A stretch of DNA of 47,127 nucleotides, taken from assembly GCA_002633005.1 (NCBI GenBank), contig NMRA01000307.1, positions 1 to 47,127 on the forward strand, read 5' to 3'. The stretch comes from Phoronis australis. Its lineage: Eukaryota > Animalia > Phoronida. Made by a program: the position numbers and the translations under genes. Below the pieces are notes generated by a model that was not told the origin of the DNA, did not search any database, and saw only the letters and a list, made by a program, of their open reading frames with translations. Shown here one piece after another: positions 36,650-47,127 of the stretch (position 1 is its first letter; each line of letters starts with the position of its first letter).

Positions 36650-39600
36650 CTATCAATCCATTATTGGGTCTGTTTATACATAGATAATTTGCCTTCTGGT
36701 GTCACTTTCTGGCCAGTAAACTCGGCCCTGATTCAATATTTCGGCAAAAGTTGTATGGTGAGTCAAGTTTTCATGGCGATGGCCATGATACAGAGGTTTG
36801 CCACTATCAATATTTGGCTGTTGGATTTGGAAGGGAACTACCATAGTTCAAGTCACCTAACCCCATATCAAAGATGCTCGTGCTGTATATTTTGAAACAG
36901 ACGCTTGTTTGCAGTAGTGTTGGCCGAGTGAACCTGGCACTTGCGTATCCACAAAGGTTCGCATGTGGTACCTACATGTATTTTGTTCCTAATCGGTGTC
37001 AATTGCCGACAGTGATTATGCCGCAAAATCCGTGATTCACATATAGTCTATATTGTCTGCGTTGTTCGCGTGTCAACCCCACCTTGGGTGTTCAATTATT
37101 AAGTGAAAGTCCTTTTTCGTCATGTATGAATTTACGCCAGAACAGCAATTTGGTCAACGACCTGCCCGTATAACCCGCGTACTCTAATTATTGTGGTTAG
37201 TGTTTATGTGTTTGTAACGAGGTTATCAAGGTAAATATCTTTTGTGTTCAGATTGTTGAGTGTGACCCGGTGAAGATAAATACGTGATTCAACAGGACTT
37301 GTTTACAACCCAGTTTCACACGAGGCTTGTTGACAGCTCCGGTCAAAGGTCGCCGCACCTTTGAAATGAATCACGATTTGTGTCATCTGATGTTTACGAT
37401 GGTTTTGCGTGTTTTACCGATGCCCATGTATTACCATGTTTGGTGCTCTAACCGAAATACCTAATGGTAATTTATATTAGTGGAGCTACGGGGGTGGGAG
37501 TTATCGTCATATTCAGCTTGTTTGAAAACGAAAATTCGGACCCTTTACTCTTATTAAGTCATTGCGTACTAGTCCCGATCGTGATATTTGTTATTTTCTT
37601 TAAATTTGTTACCAACAAGAATGTGGAAACCATCAGCGATTCAAAAACGCTTCAGGGTTTATATGGTTGGCAAAAGTTCTCGAAAATGGCGCATGTAAAC
37701 TGTACGCAGTAGTCCGTGTCTTGGGTTGTACTCTTTCGACCATTGGGTGAACGATAAAATGTTTTCAAACTCAAAGCGCTTCGGTAATGAAGTCAACTTT
37801 GCTAAACGGGTGGAAGGAAATGATGGCCCGGTTCTTACACTGGTGAAAACGCTCGCGTTTTATCTAGCGATTTCGGTAGCAGCATAAACGCAGTAATGTA
37901 AACGATCGCAAAGGTCGCTCTTGCTGAAAGTTTCAGTTGCTCCAAAATTATTGGCATTTTAGCCAGCACTATTGTAGTCGGGCCGCTTACTTCAAAGGAT
38001 GTACGTGGGCCTTTGTTTTATCGGCACTTGAATCAATTAATGGCTGGCACGGAATGTGCTCTGACGTCAATTTTCGCTTAAAGCGAATCGGGTGGTGAGG
38101 AAACGAACAAACATCCGACGAAAATTGCCTCTTCGAGGTCAGCTCGGCTGGCTAAAACGCTAGCCTTTTCACTTGCATTTTAGCCTGTGAGACTGCTAAC
38201 GTTTTCGTCTCTCACTTGTGACGTAGTAAATGAAATATATGCCGGCTTGTTGGTTTCCAATGTGCTGTTCCAGTTAGCTTCCACGGTTAATACAATGCAG
38301 GCGTTATTCGTTGTTAAGATTCCACACGACGACACCCAGACGCTCCCTTTACGACCGTTGCCTCCCCGGGATCGGCCCGCTCCCAAACACGCAATGATTC
38401 CCTTCTGCTCGGCAAACTTGCTGAAATGCTAGCGTTTTCGCTAGTAGCAAAAACGCCTGTAGTGCTCACAGGTGTCACTTTTGATGGCGGTTTGAGCTGA
38501 CTCCAAAACTGCTCTCGCTTTGGGGGACACAGAACAGTTCTCACTGGGGGGGGGGGAGGACGAGCCCCCGCATTTGGCCAAAATGGTCCTTCTCAGAGAA
38601 ACAAAATCAGAACCCTGACGGAAACGGTATGCAAGAAATAAAGTTCTGAGTCATTTCACTTCACAAAACCTACTGATGAGCACAGAAACCTTTATTTTAA
38701 AAATGACGAAACATCCTCCAGTGTTTAATGACTTTCACTAATTTTCAAAACAATTAAAAAATCTATGGGGCAGTACGAATTCTACTTGAATAACACCATA
38801 GCGAAATTCAGGGTCTTTGATTTAGCACGCGGGCAATTGTCCTACAGGGACTGACATTGGGGTCATCGTCGGTGTATAAGTATATTATCTCCTCGTGATA
38901 TTGATATTAATCGCATCAAGTTCAATGCAGTCACCACGAAACGTGGCTGTCTCCGTCGTGCACTGGTTTGCTCACCTGCAGAATGTCCAAGCAACATGTG
39001 GAAGTCGACTATCAAACAATAGTTTGTGAGGAAAGGAAGCCGACATAAATGAAGACATTTTTCAAGTTGATGTAATGGTACAACCGTATTTGGACGCGTT
39101 GTTGAGGGACCGATATATATTGACACCTCCGGTCGTTGGCAAACCTCGCACAGGCACGAGTTTTACTACCGCCCCCGCATTGCTTTCTTGGAAAATAGTT
39201 CAAAGTGGGGATTACATGTACCTTTCTTAAAGACTTTTATTCCTCAATTGGCGAACCAGTATTACTACACCCTACAAGTCAGCGAATAACATTAATTTCT
39301 TCTCCAGCGCGCGCTTTATCCCTCTCACAGACGCATATTCTTCATTTCCTGCAGAGTAAAAATAACCTTTTTGGTCTGTTTTTAAATCTTGCCTAGAAAA
39401 TATGTGTACTGGAATTGATCCGCTTTGGGTAATTTAAATCCATATACATGTAGCAGGGCCGCGAAACCCCCTAGCGACGCATACAGTGTACAGTAGCTGA
39501 ACGCTCTGCTGCTTTCGTTGATTCACATGTCGACATCGTGGGAAGGACATAATGCACAATACGCTATTGTAAAAAACTACTGCATAATAAGAATTTGTTG

Positions 39601-40476
39601 CTTCTTAAAAAACTCAACAACGTCATCTTAATTTGAAAGTGGGGACAGTTTGGAAATTGATTTACGAATTGGTGAGTGTGTGTGTAAGTGTATAAAACTA
39701 ATGATCTTCATATTTTGTTTGTTTTTTTTTCAGTCATGGTATTTCGTATTTTGAAGAGTTTATTTTTAACAAATGGTTGAAAAGTTAAGCATACGGACAC
39801 ATGCATATTTTTGGTTGAAGCTCCGTAATTTTGCCAACTAGGCTATGCGGTTGGCATAATCAAGGTCGTCGCGGAACATATTGCAGAAGTCTTTTCAGAT
39901 ATTGTCATAAAGAATATTCAAATATACTTTCCTCACTTTACAGAGAAGTTTTGTAAGGTGGTGACTAGACACCACGTTTATCTTCTTTCAAATTCTATAC
40001 TTTGTGAAGTCGGTTCGATAGTCCGAAGCCTCCATTGGTTCGAAGGTCCCATAGTACGAAGTCATAATTCCACTCTTTTATTATAATTAACCTCAGAAAG
40101 ACTAACTGAGAATTAACTGACGATTTTTTTCACTTTCTGAAACCAAGTGAAGAAACCTATTAAAGTTTGGTGCGCTTTGTGACACTGGATTGGTTTTTAG
40201 CCATCGTCAAACACGAATCATACTTCATTTCCATCGCGGGTTCCTGGCACGAGGGCATCGACATGGAACGTAAAGACTGGACCAGGGAATATTGCTCATT
40301 ATGACCTCTCCTGGTAACACTATTTCGTTGAGGACATCCTTTCATCTGCCATATCTGACTTGTAGGAAATGACAGATTATGCAAATCTTTATCTCAACAA
40401 AAACAGAAACTCCTCGAAATTTCAAGTGCAAATTGTGGAATTTGGAAGTTGAACGCTGGAAGACAACGGTGATGTT

Positions 40477-40619
40477 CAGTGGCCAATTTAGAGGGAAGCC
40501 CCTAAAATTCTCCCAGATTTCATTTGGCAGATGGGGGGATGCGAAAGTCTGTCGGGCAAATCTTGGCTACTACTCTGCCTTGCCAGTGCCCCAGACTCAA
40601 AATCCTGTATCCGCCCCTG
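40477..40619 (+). mobile_element. MITE family A, copy 3
   Basis: Same family; perfect 5-bp TSD ATGTT on both sides. Confidence 0.8.
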
Positions 40620-43600
40620 ATGTTATCACCCGTGCCATATTTACCTACTCTTTCATTTCGTGGTCTTATGTTGCATGTTGACCTATAACCTCTGTCATGT
40701 TTACTTTTTATCTGAAATGTTACTGTGCAAAAACATACTCGTGTTGATCGCAACAATTACTGTTCATTCAGCAAACTACCAGGGTATCCTAAAGGATTTC
40801 CCTGTACGAGCTCCTCCGTGCAGCTGTAAAAGAAATGGTTTCATCTGCTGAAGTCCCACAGTGTTTAATTTGCATGGCATATACATGTATTTATCACTCC
40901 TCGCTAGGCTACTTCTTCAATGCCGATGTGACGTCATAAGGTCACGAGTCCTGAATTCCCATAACTCCGGGTACCTTAAGTAGTCAGTTTGTCATGTGAC
41001 GTACTTCATCATAAAAACAGGGCCACTACCTTTGTACAGGAGCTCAGTCACTTTTCTTGGTATATCGTGCTATGTAATTGCGACATTTTCGGCTCATCTA
41101 AATTCAGTCAAGCCGGTGCTTGCATGCAGTTGCATAACCTCACCAAGGTTTAGTCCTTAGTATTCCGCACTTTTTAAATTCGTCCACAGATGGCTTGAAG
41201 TGATTTTCACTGCGCCCCCTCTCGGAAAGAAATCCGACGGCGTTATCAATTACATGCATATTCGGCACGTATGTCCTCACAAAACTACTTGGACCATAGT
41301 CGAAATTGAGATCTCGTTCAGTATGCCAGTTAGGTAAACTAATCAACGGGAATGTTGTTTTCCCCATGATCGACGACTAAGGCTACCCGAGTTCACTACA
41401 TGGCGAGTACTCACTTCCTAACCGGGGCAACAAATCATAATTAGGCTCTCCAGGTAACGGTAAAACCCCAGTATGAGAGTGCGTCCCCATTAGTAAAGGG
41501 GCAGTAAGAAGAGGAAGTGAAACAGAAACAGTGCAGAAAGGTCCATTCATACTGACGTCGAGTATGAACCATAAGTTCGGTCCCGTGGCGCGACTAGTTA
41601 ATACATGTAGCGGGCGTTGACTCTGCGCTGTGGTGTGAACGGTGAACTTCGACCAGCAGGGGACATATATATGTCGTCTAAGGCTAAAGATCGTTGTCGT
41701 CGCTAATAGCTGCTCATATTTTGCTCGAATAATGACCAATTGAATTAAAAACAAGTTTTATGTCATCTTCAAAAAATCTTAGCGTGCACGCGATGCATTA
41801 TCGTTACCTCAGTTGCGATTACTTCGATGATGACAGCGTCACCTACCGTTTACTTCGACGTCGGTTGACTATAGTGAGACCGGTGTGAACAGTTCAGTTG
41901 AACTTCGCAGTTTACGTCGACGCACCGCTCAGACCGGATTTTATTTTAAAACCAAGCTACGATTCACTGTAATTTAAATATATTTTAGTTGTGTTTTTTC
42001 GAGTAGACTGACTTGTGAACGTTATTCTGATATTCACTCAATGCTTGCACCAAACACCGGTGACAACCTGCAGCTCTCACCCATCCACGATAAAAAATGT
42101 CACTGTCATCGCAAGCTTACCGTTCTGTGAATGCATATTTTGTTGTAGGCCACTTACCAAGGATTGTTTTTACTAAAAACAAGAATTTAACACCGTTTTA
42201 AAGTAATTATACGATACGCCCGAAAACTTACATATTTTTGGATAATTGTTGGATGTGGTAGACTCTTTTAGATATTTGCTTTGGCCAGATCTTCAAAACA
42301 ATAAAATCCGTTGTTCTTTGTTAGTTTATTACAAATCAATGCAAAACTGGAGTAGAGTACACAGGCATGTACATATATCTACAGTATGTAATCTTCCGAG
42401 TCGACTGAAGACACGTATTCAGTGTCGTGGTCACTATGGTACCGGTGGCTGGTCTTTCCCCACAATCGTTTTACTCTTCGAAATCAAATGTCAATGGTTT
42501 GACTTCTTCACAATACTTTGCGTGTTATTTTTTATTTAATATTTTAGTTTGACGTCCCGATGTTTGTTGTGGTGTCGCCTATTTTGTTTTTTGAGCCATT
42601 TTAGCTGAAACGTCACATCTAACCAATCGAAATGGACCTACATTACTCGGTCCACTACTTTTCACGACTTGTGAGAGAAATTTCTTCTTCAATAAAATCC
42701 ACTGTACATTTTTACCACGAACTAAGCGACATCTGTTGTGTATACAGTTGTACGTGTAATTGCCTTATTGCAGAGTATGATACCAGGTATAACTGCGTAG
42801 TTGGACTGCAGCCGTGGTCAATAAACTTTCTAGATGTTAAATTCCTTTGATAAGCCATGGTTGGCGGCAGCTTTGAGGCTACTGCGTTACGATCTAACAC
42901 TGGGCAATATTTTCACTCTGAATTGTTTTTAGCTACACGTGAATGGGCTGTGACCTACTGGTTTGACGTCAATGTAAATTTACATTGACTCAATCGTGCA
43001 TGTTTTATTTTTCCCCGTGAGGGTGGTAGAAAATAACGAAGTCCATATTTGCTCATATTTCTAGAATATATTTCATGTAAAGATAAAACTGACGCATTAG
43101 ACAGAGCATGGGACGCCATTTCATGCGTCAAGATTTCAAATTTATGATTATTAACAATCAGAATTTCTCAGTAGTAGACTGTAATTGGTCCAAGTCACAC
43201 GAAGATAGTTCTCTGTCAGTATTATTTCCAAAGCGGGTCAAACCACTGACCAACCATTACATAATTACAGTTACAAAAAACGGGATGACAGTGAGCATTT
43301 GAGACATGTTTTTGGCTAAAGTAGCCCATTCGCCGGTGCCCAGCTCCTTTCACCAACATATCAAGACGAGTTCGAACATACTGAGAAAAAAATTGGTGCG
43401 ACAGGACATTTGGTAACGTTTTTTCCTTGTACTATTTCTACAATATATAATCCGAATACAAATATCCACTCAAAAATGAATTTACGCGACGGAACTAAGA
43501 CTTCCGGTAGATTTTGGCAGAGTTTCCCAACACGAAAATATTTTTTCTCACGTAATGTACACCGAATGAGTATCTTGTTCATAGAACCAAAAAGCATTCA

Positions 43601-43867
43601 GCTAGAAAATAAATCGCCATGATTAACGCATAGATGTAGCTTCTTTCCAGAAAATCATTAAACTATTACGTACGAACAGTCACACAGAAAAGGAACACGC
43701 GGGCAAAGTCCCTGTTTGGTACCGCAAAGCTTTAATTAGAAGCTCAGGACCCGTGGTTTTATTTATTTCTCGAAATGCAACTCGAAATACTTGTTGACAT
43801 CTGTCGTTCTCTTCAGAATCCGTGAGAAATCAACTGAACATACGTGTGTGTTATCCTGTGCTTGAGT

Positions 43868-43940
43868 CATGGGCGGGGCACCATTGGGGGCATGGGAGTG
43901 GGGATATAGCCCCACTTTTTTCAGTGCTGCGCCGCCCATG
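43868..43940. mobile_element. 73-bp mini-MITE (CATGGGCGG...CCGCCCATG); related end at 20588
   Basis: Perfect 9-bp TIR; internal GGG..ATAGCCC(C)ACTTTTTT shared with 20588-20637; no TSD seen. Confidence 0.6.
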
Positions 43941-44493
43941 GTCTATGGGCGGTGCACCCCAAGGGGGCTGTGGCCTTTCGTTTTTTGATCGTTTGTAGCT
44001 CAGATCTCATTGATCACCATGTGCGACTTAACTTGGAATAGTAGTAATAATACTGGAGCAATGAAACGGGCAATACAAATAGACACCTATCTAGTCTTCA
44101 TAGAAAATTAAAACGGGAATGAGAAAAAGAATTCCGATTTCGAATACTAATAAATTTGCTCGTTGCTCCTTAGCAGGTTTTCTATAGACACCAGCGCCTA
44201 GTCGACACCCAGTATTTTCAAAGTAGCCGATCCAAAACTACGGTGTCGAATAGACAAATAATATCTCTGGCAGTCGCTCGCTCGAAAATCGCATGAGAAA
44301 CGAGACAAGCAACGGATATCTAATTTGAACTGGAGAACCAATTTGATCTCAGCATCCCCCCAAAAGGGAATCCAGCTGCTATCAAAGCTATGCGGGACAT
44401 ACGTGTCAAAGAAAAATCGAAGGTAGCGTCTAAATCAAAATCTAACTACAAAATACAGGTGCTAAGCCAAGGCAGTACAATGTAGTCTTCCAC

Positions 44494-44679
44494 TTAGGAG
44501 TCATCCTCCTTGTTCAGATCCCGGCCATGTTTGTCAAAGCATTGGGGCTTATTGTCGCACTTGACCGCCAGCAGGACACCTGCCCTTTTCCACTTCAGTA
44601 CCAAGGTATGGCTGTGCCCGTTGGCTTGGGTCGTTGTTTTGGTGAGCCTTCCATCCTTTTTTGTAGATAAGTCAAATAT
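44494..44679 (-). CDS. Terminal coding exon of an uncharacterised His/Cys-motif protein
   Basis: Acceptor TTCTCAACCATTGCAG|, phase 0; IFDLSTKKDGRLTKTTTQANGHSHTLVLKWKRAGVLLAVKCDNKPQCFDKHGRDLNKEDDS*. Confidence 0.7.
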   Translation of the reverse strand: MFDLSTKKDGRLTKTTTQANGHSHTLVLKWKRAGVLLAVKCDNKPQCFDKHGRDLNKEDDS

Positions 44680-45487
44680 CTGCAATGGTTGAGAAAATAC
44701 TACAGTTTACTCCTCCAAAACTAGCTTATTGATTGCTGGTAGCGACGACAGATTAAGTTGAATCCTCTCGGTGAACACTCGTCTATTTTTGCTCGTACCC
44801 TCTTGAAATTATGAGATGCATTCAAATTCAGGGGCCCAAACGTTAGAGGGACCCATACCTAGAGGGAACCAAACCTTAGAGTGTTCCATACCTTAAAGAA
44901 GGCCCTCAGATGGCCTCCAAGCGGCGACATTTTTCGTGTACTCACAGTCTCATTGACAATAAATCCATTGTTGTTTGATCAAGATTAGACAGAACTCAGA
45001 AGAAACGGTATAAAAAAGAAATTGTCTGAGATTAAATTAAACGTATTGCTCATTAACTTGGAGATATTTTGATATTTGCCTTTACACCTCCTTGAAGTGT
45101 TTTAGTTTCCATCAGCACTGCAAAAATAGATTTTCGTTCTCCAAAATTGAGTCGTTTGGTGTCTTCCATTCCCACGCATACAGACCACGAGATGGCTTAA
45201 ACATTAAGCAACTTGCTTTCATTCAAACCAACTTGTAACCTTATAGTAGGCCGGTGCAGAATCTGATCTGCGAGAACTGAATTTGAGGTCCTGGAGTTGT
45301 ACTGATGTTTGAGTACGTGATTGGGAACCATGTACATCATTTTCCCTGGGTTACCCGTGTTTTAAAAGAAGGATTAGGAAACGGCTCCAGTGTACCAGAG
45401 ACCCCGGAGCCCCACCCTTTTAAAATATACATTCAAAGCATAACCCTAATAAAAATGAACGTCCCCAAACGGTACAATGATCAAAGG

Positions 45488-45642
45488 CAGTGGTGGATTT
45501 AAGTAGGGGCCAAAGGGGTTATGCCCCCCCTAAATTTCTCCCATATTCCATTTGGCACTTTGGGGGTGCGAATTCTGACGGGCAACATCCTGGCTTTTAC
45601 TCTGCCTAGCCCCCCTAACTCAAAATCCTGGATCCGCCCCTG
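45488..45642 (+). mobile_element. MITE family A, copy 4
   Basis: Same family; flanks AAAGG/AAACG (4/5). Confidence 0.8.
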
Positions 45643-45718
45643 AAACGAGTCTTGACTTTAAGGGCAGCGCAGACGAAAAGGCACGGGCTGAGCTGCCTGT
45701 CTCGGGTGATTGAAGTGA

Positions 45719-45835
45719 GCTAGCCCAGTACACCCAAGGCGTATTTTTAGACCTTTAGTTCACTTGGCAACTGCTANGCTAGCCCAGTACACCCAAGTCG
45801 TATTTTTAGACCTTTAGTTCACTTGGCAACTGCTA
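45719..45835. repeat. 58-bp duplication split by a single N (assembly overlap)
   Basis: 45719-45776 equals 45778-45835 except one base; N at 45777. Confidence 0.9.
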
Positions 45836-46072
45836 GGGTTCGATGCCTCATTCTCACTCTCCGAAAAATTTAGTTGAAGCAACTGGTTACTCAGGTTCTG
45901 ATGGCGGGCGTGGCAGTTAGTACAAAATTGACGACATTCGGAGAATGTGGGAAGACAGAGGTGGTGGCGAAGTTGAATTGGTTTGCGACCCCCAAATATA
46001 CATTTGTACCTTTCTGCGGACCGGGCATTGGAAATGTAGCCATGTGCTTGCTAGTCAACCGAACTGACTTAC

Positions 46073-46165
46073 CTCATCAGAAGTTAGAGTCACCTCGTGG
46101 GTGTGCTCGGATATACCCTCCCGGTTGGAAGGACTCATCTCAAAGGTGGCTCCACCATCACTAGT
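46073..46165 (-). CDS. Penultimate exon of the same His/Cys-motif protein (upstream exons probably outside the window)
   Basis: Acceptor TATTTGTCTTCAG|, donor GAG|GTAAGT, 93 nt, phase 0-0; TSDGGATFEMSPSNREGISEHTHEVTLTSDE joins in frame to 44679. Confidence 0.72.
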
Positions 46166-46754
46166 CTGAAGACAAATAACACATTTTTGCAAATCTCTCA
46201 CAGTGTTTAATTGATATTGTTTCAATCGAACATGCGTACTTTTAAACTATTCAAATTCATGCGTTTCAAAGTTTAGACTCAGAACTTGTGTTGCTTGTAT
46301 AAAATGTAGGAGAAGTTAGACACGTCTACCACTGTACATTTAATTGAGAACTCAAACTCAGAATTGCAACTTGTTTCTAAGCAAATCACATCCTTTTGTT
46401 CATGCAGTTGGTAGCTTTAACAGTCGTTATGTAGACGCGGCATGCTCAAATCCAACGGGGACATTTCCCTTGATTTGTTGGGTTTGGCCGTTTTTGGAAT
46501 TCGAGTAAGCTATTCTTCCACAGTTAAAAGATAAACGACAATATTTGCTGTCTTTCACTATTTCATTTCTCCTTTGGATGTGGCTTTAGCCATGTCACCC
46601 ATGATTTTGCGGAGGTAATAGAAAAATTAATTTGTGTCACCGGTATATTATGTAGTTATGTAGTAACTGAAGACCAAAGTATAGGTGAAAAATTGAAACT
46701 ACTTGGACACTCCTTAAACAACAAAATCATAGAATTTAACCCAGCAAAGTTGTA

Positions 46755-46868
46755 TACATACACAAATACACTTTCATACATACATACATATGTACACACA
46801 AACATACATATATGTACATATAGACATATGTAAATACGTATATGTCTGTGTATGTCTATATGTATATA
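46755..46868. repeat. Degenerate (TACA)/(TATG) microsatellite
   Basis: Low-complexity repeats that switch strand orientation around 46830. Confidence 0.85.
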
Positions 46869-47038
46869 TATAGATTATTACATGGCGAAGTCGTTATCCC
46901 CCGTTATCTAGAGCCCGAGTGGATTTTGGAGAATTATCGCCCGAGGGGCGTCAGCCCCGAGGGTGATAATTCTCCAAAATCCACGAGGGCTCTAGATAAG
47001 GGGGATAACGGCTGAGAACATGTAATAATCTATTTATA
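46865..47038. mobile_element. Near-perfect ~170-bp palindrome (hairpin-type non-autonomous element)
   Basis: ATAGATTATTACATG...CGTTATCCCCC.TTATCTAGAGCCC..GTGGATTTTGGAGAATTATC.CCC..GGGGC pairs with its reverse complement across a loop of ~4 nt. Confidence 0.85.
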
Positions 47039-47127
47039 CCACATACTAAACGAAAAACATTGCAATGAATCGATTTACCTTTTCTGACTCTCCACGGCTT
47101 TGTAACTACTTTCTATGTCAGAGGCCC

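Noticed and set aside
38180-41754. Several 60-120-aa ORFs in the CpG-rich intergenic region
   Set aside because: No recognisable motifs or consistent exon chain; a non-coding transcript cannot be excluded.
45874-46164. 96-aa + strand ORF
   Set aside because: Overlaps antisense to the better-supported minus-strand exon 46073-46165.

Overview
Eukaryotic, intron-rich, AT-rich genomic DNA, most likely from a marine invertebrate (inferred from the repeat landscape and TACATGTA abundance). It is a draft assembly with one 415-N gap and two single-N joins. Main contents: (1) a dead restriction-like-endonuclease non-LTR retrotransposon (HERO-like RT) at ~277-2690, interrupted by a 565-bp solo-LTR-like insertion. 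(2) An 11-coding-exon + strand gene (4706-21783) that the ORF track only shows in fragments. It encodes a ~655-aa protein: signal peptide, four tandem F-type lectin (fucolectin) domains each split into two phase-1 half-domain exons, and a probable GPI-anchor signal. (3) A two-exon Mcl-1-like Bcl-2 family gene (30250-35168) with a CRE/CCAAT/MEF2 promoter, an intronic fold-back element and an AU-rich 3'UTR. (4) The last two exons of a minus-strand gene encoding an uncharacterised HxH...GHxH...C-x5-C-x3-H domain (44494-46165). (5) Many MITEs, several with 5-bp target-site duplications. The best candidate for an undescribed system is the lectin: a surface-anchored multi-domain receptor with variable ligand loops and a fully phase-compatible half-domain exon cassette. 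All gene models were read by eye from splice consensus and frame continuity; none is confirmed by transcript data.
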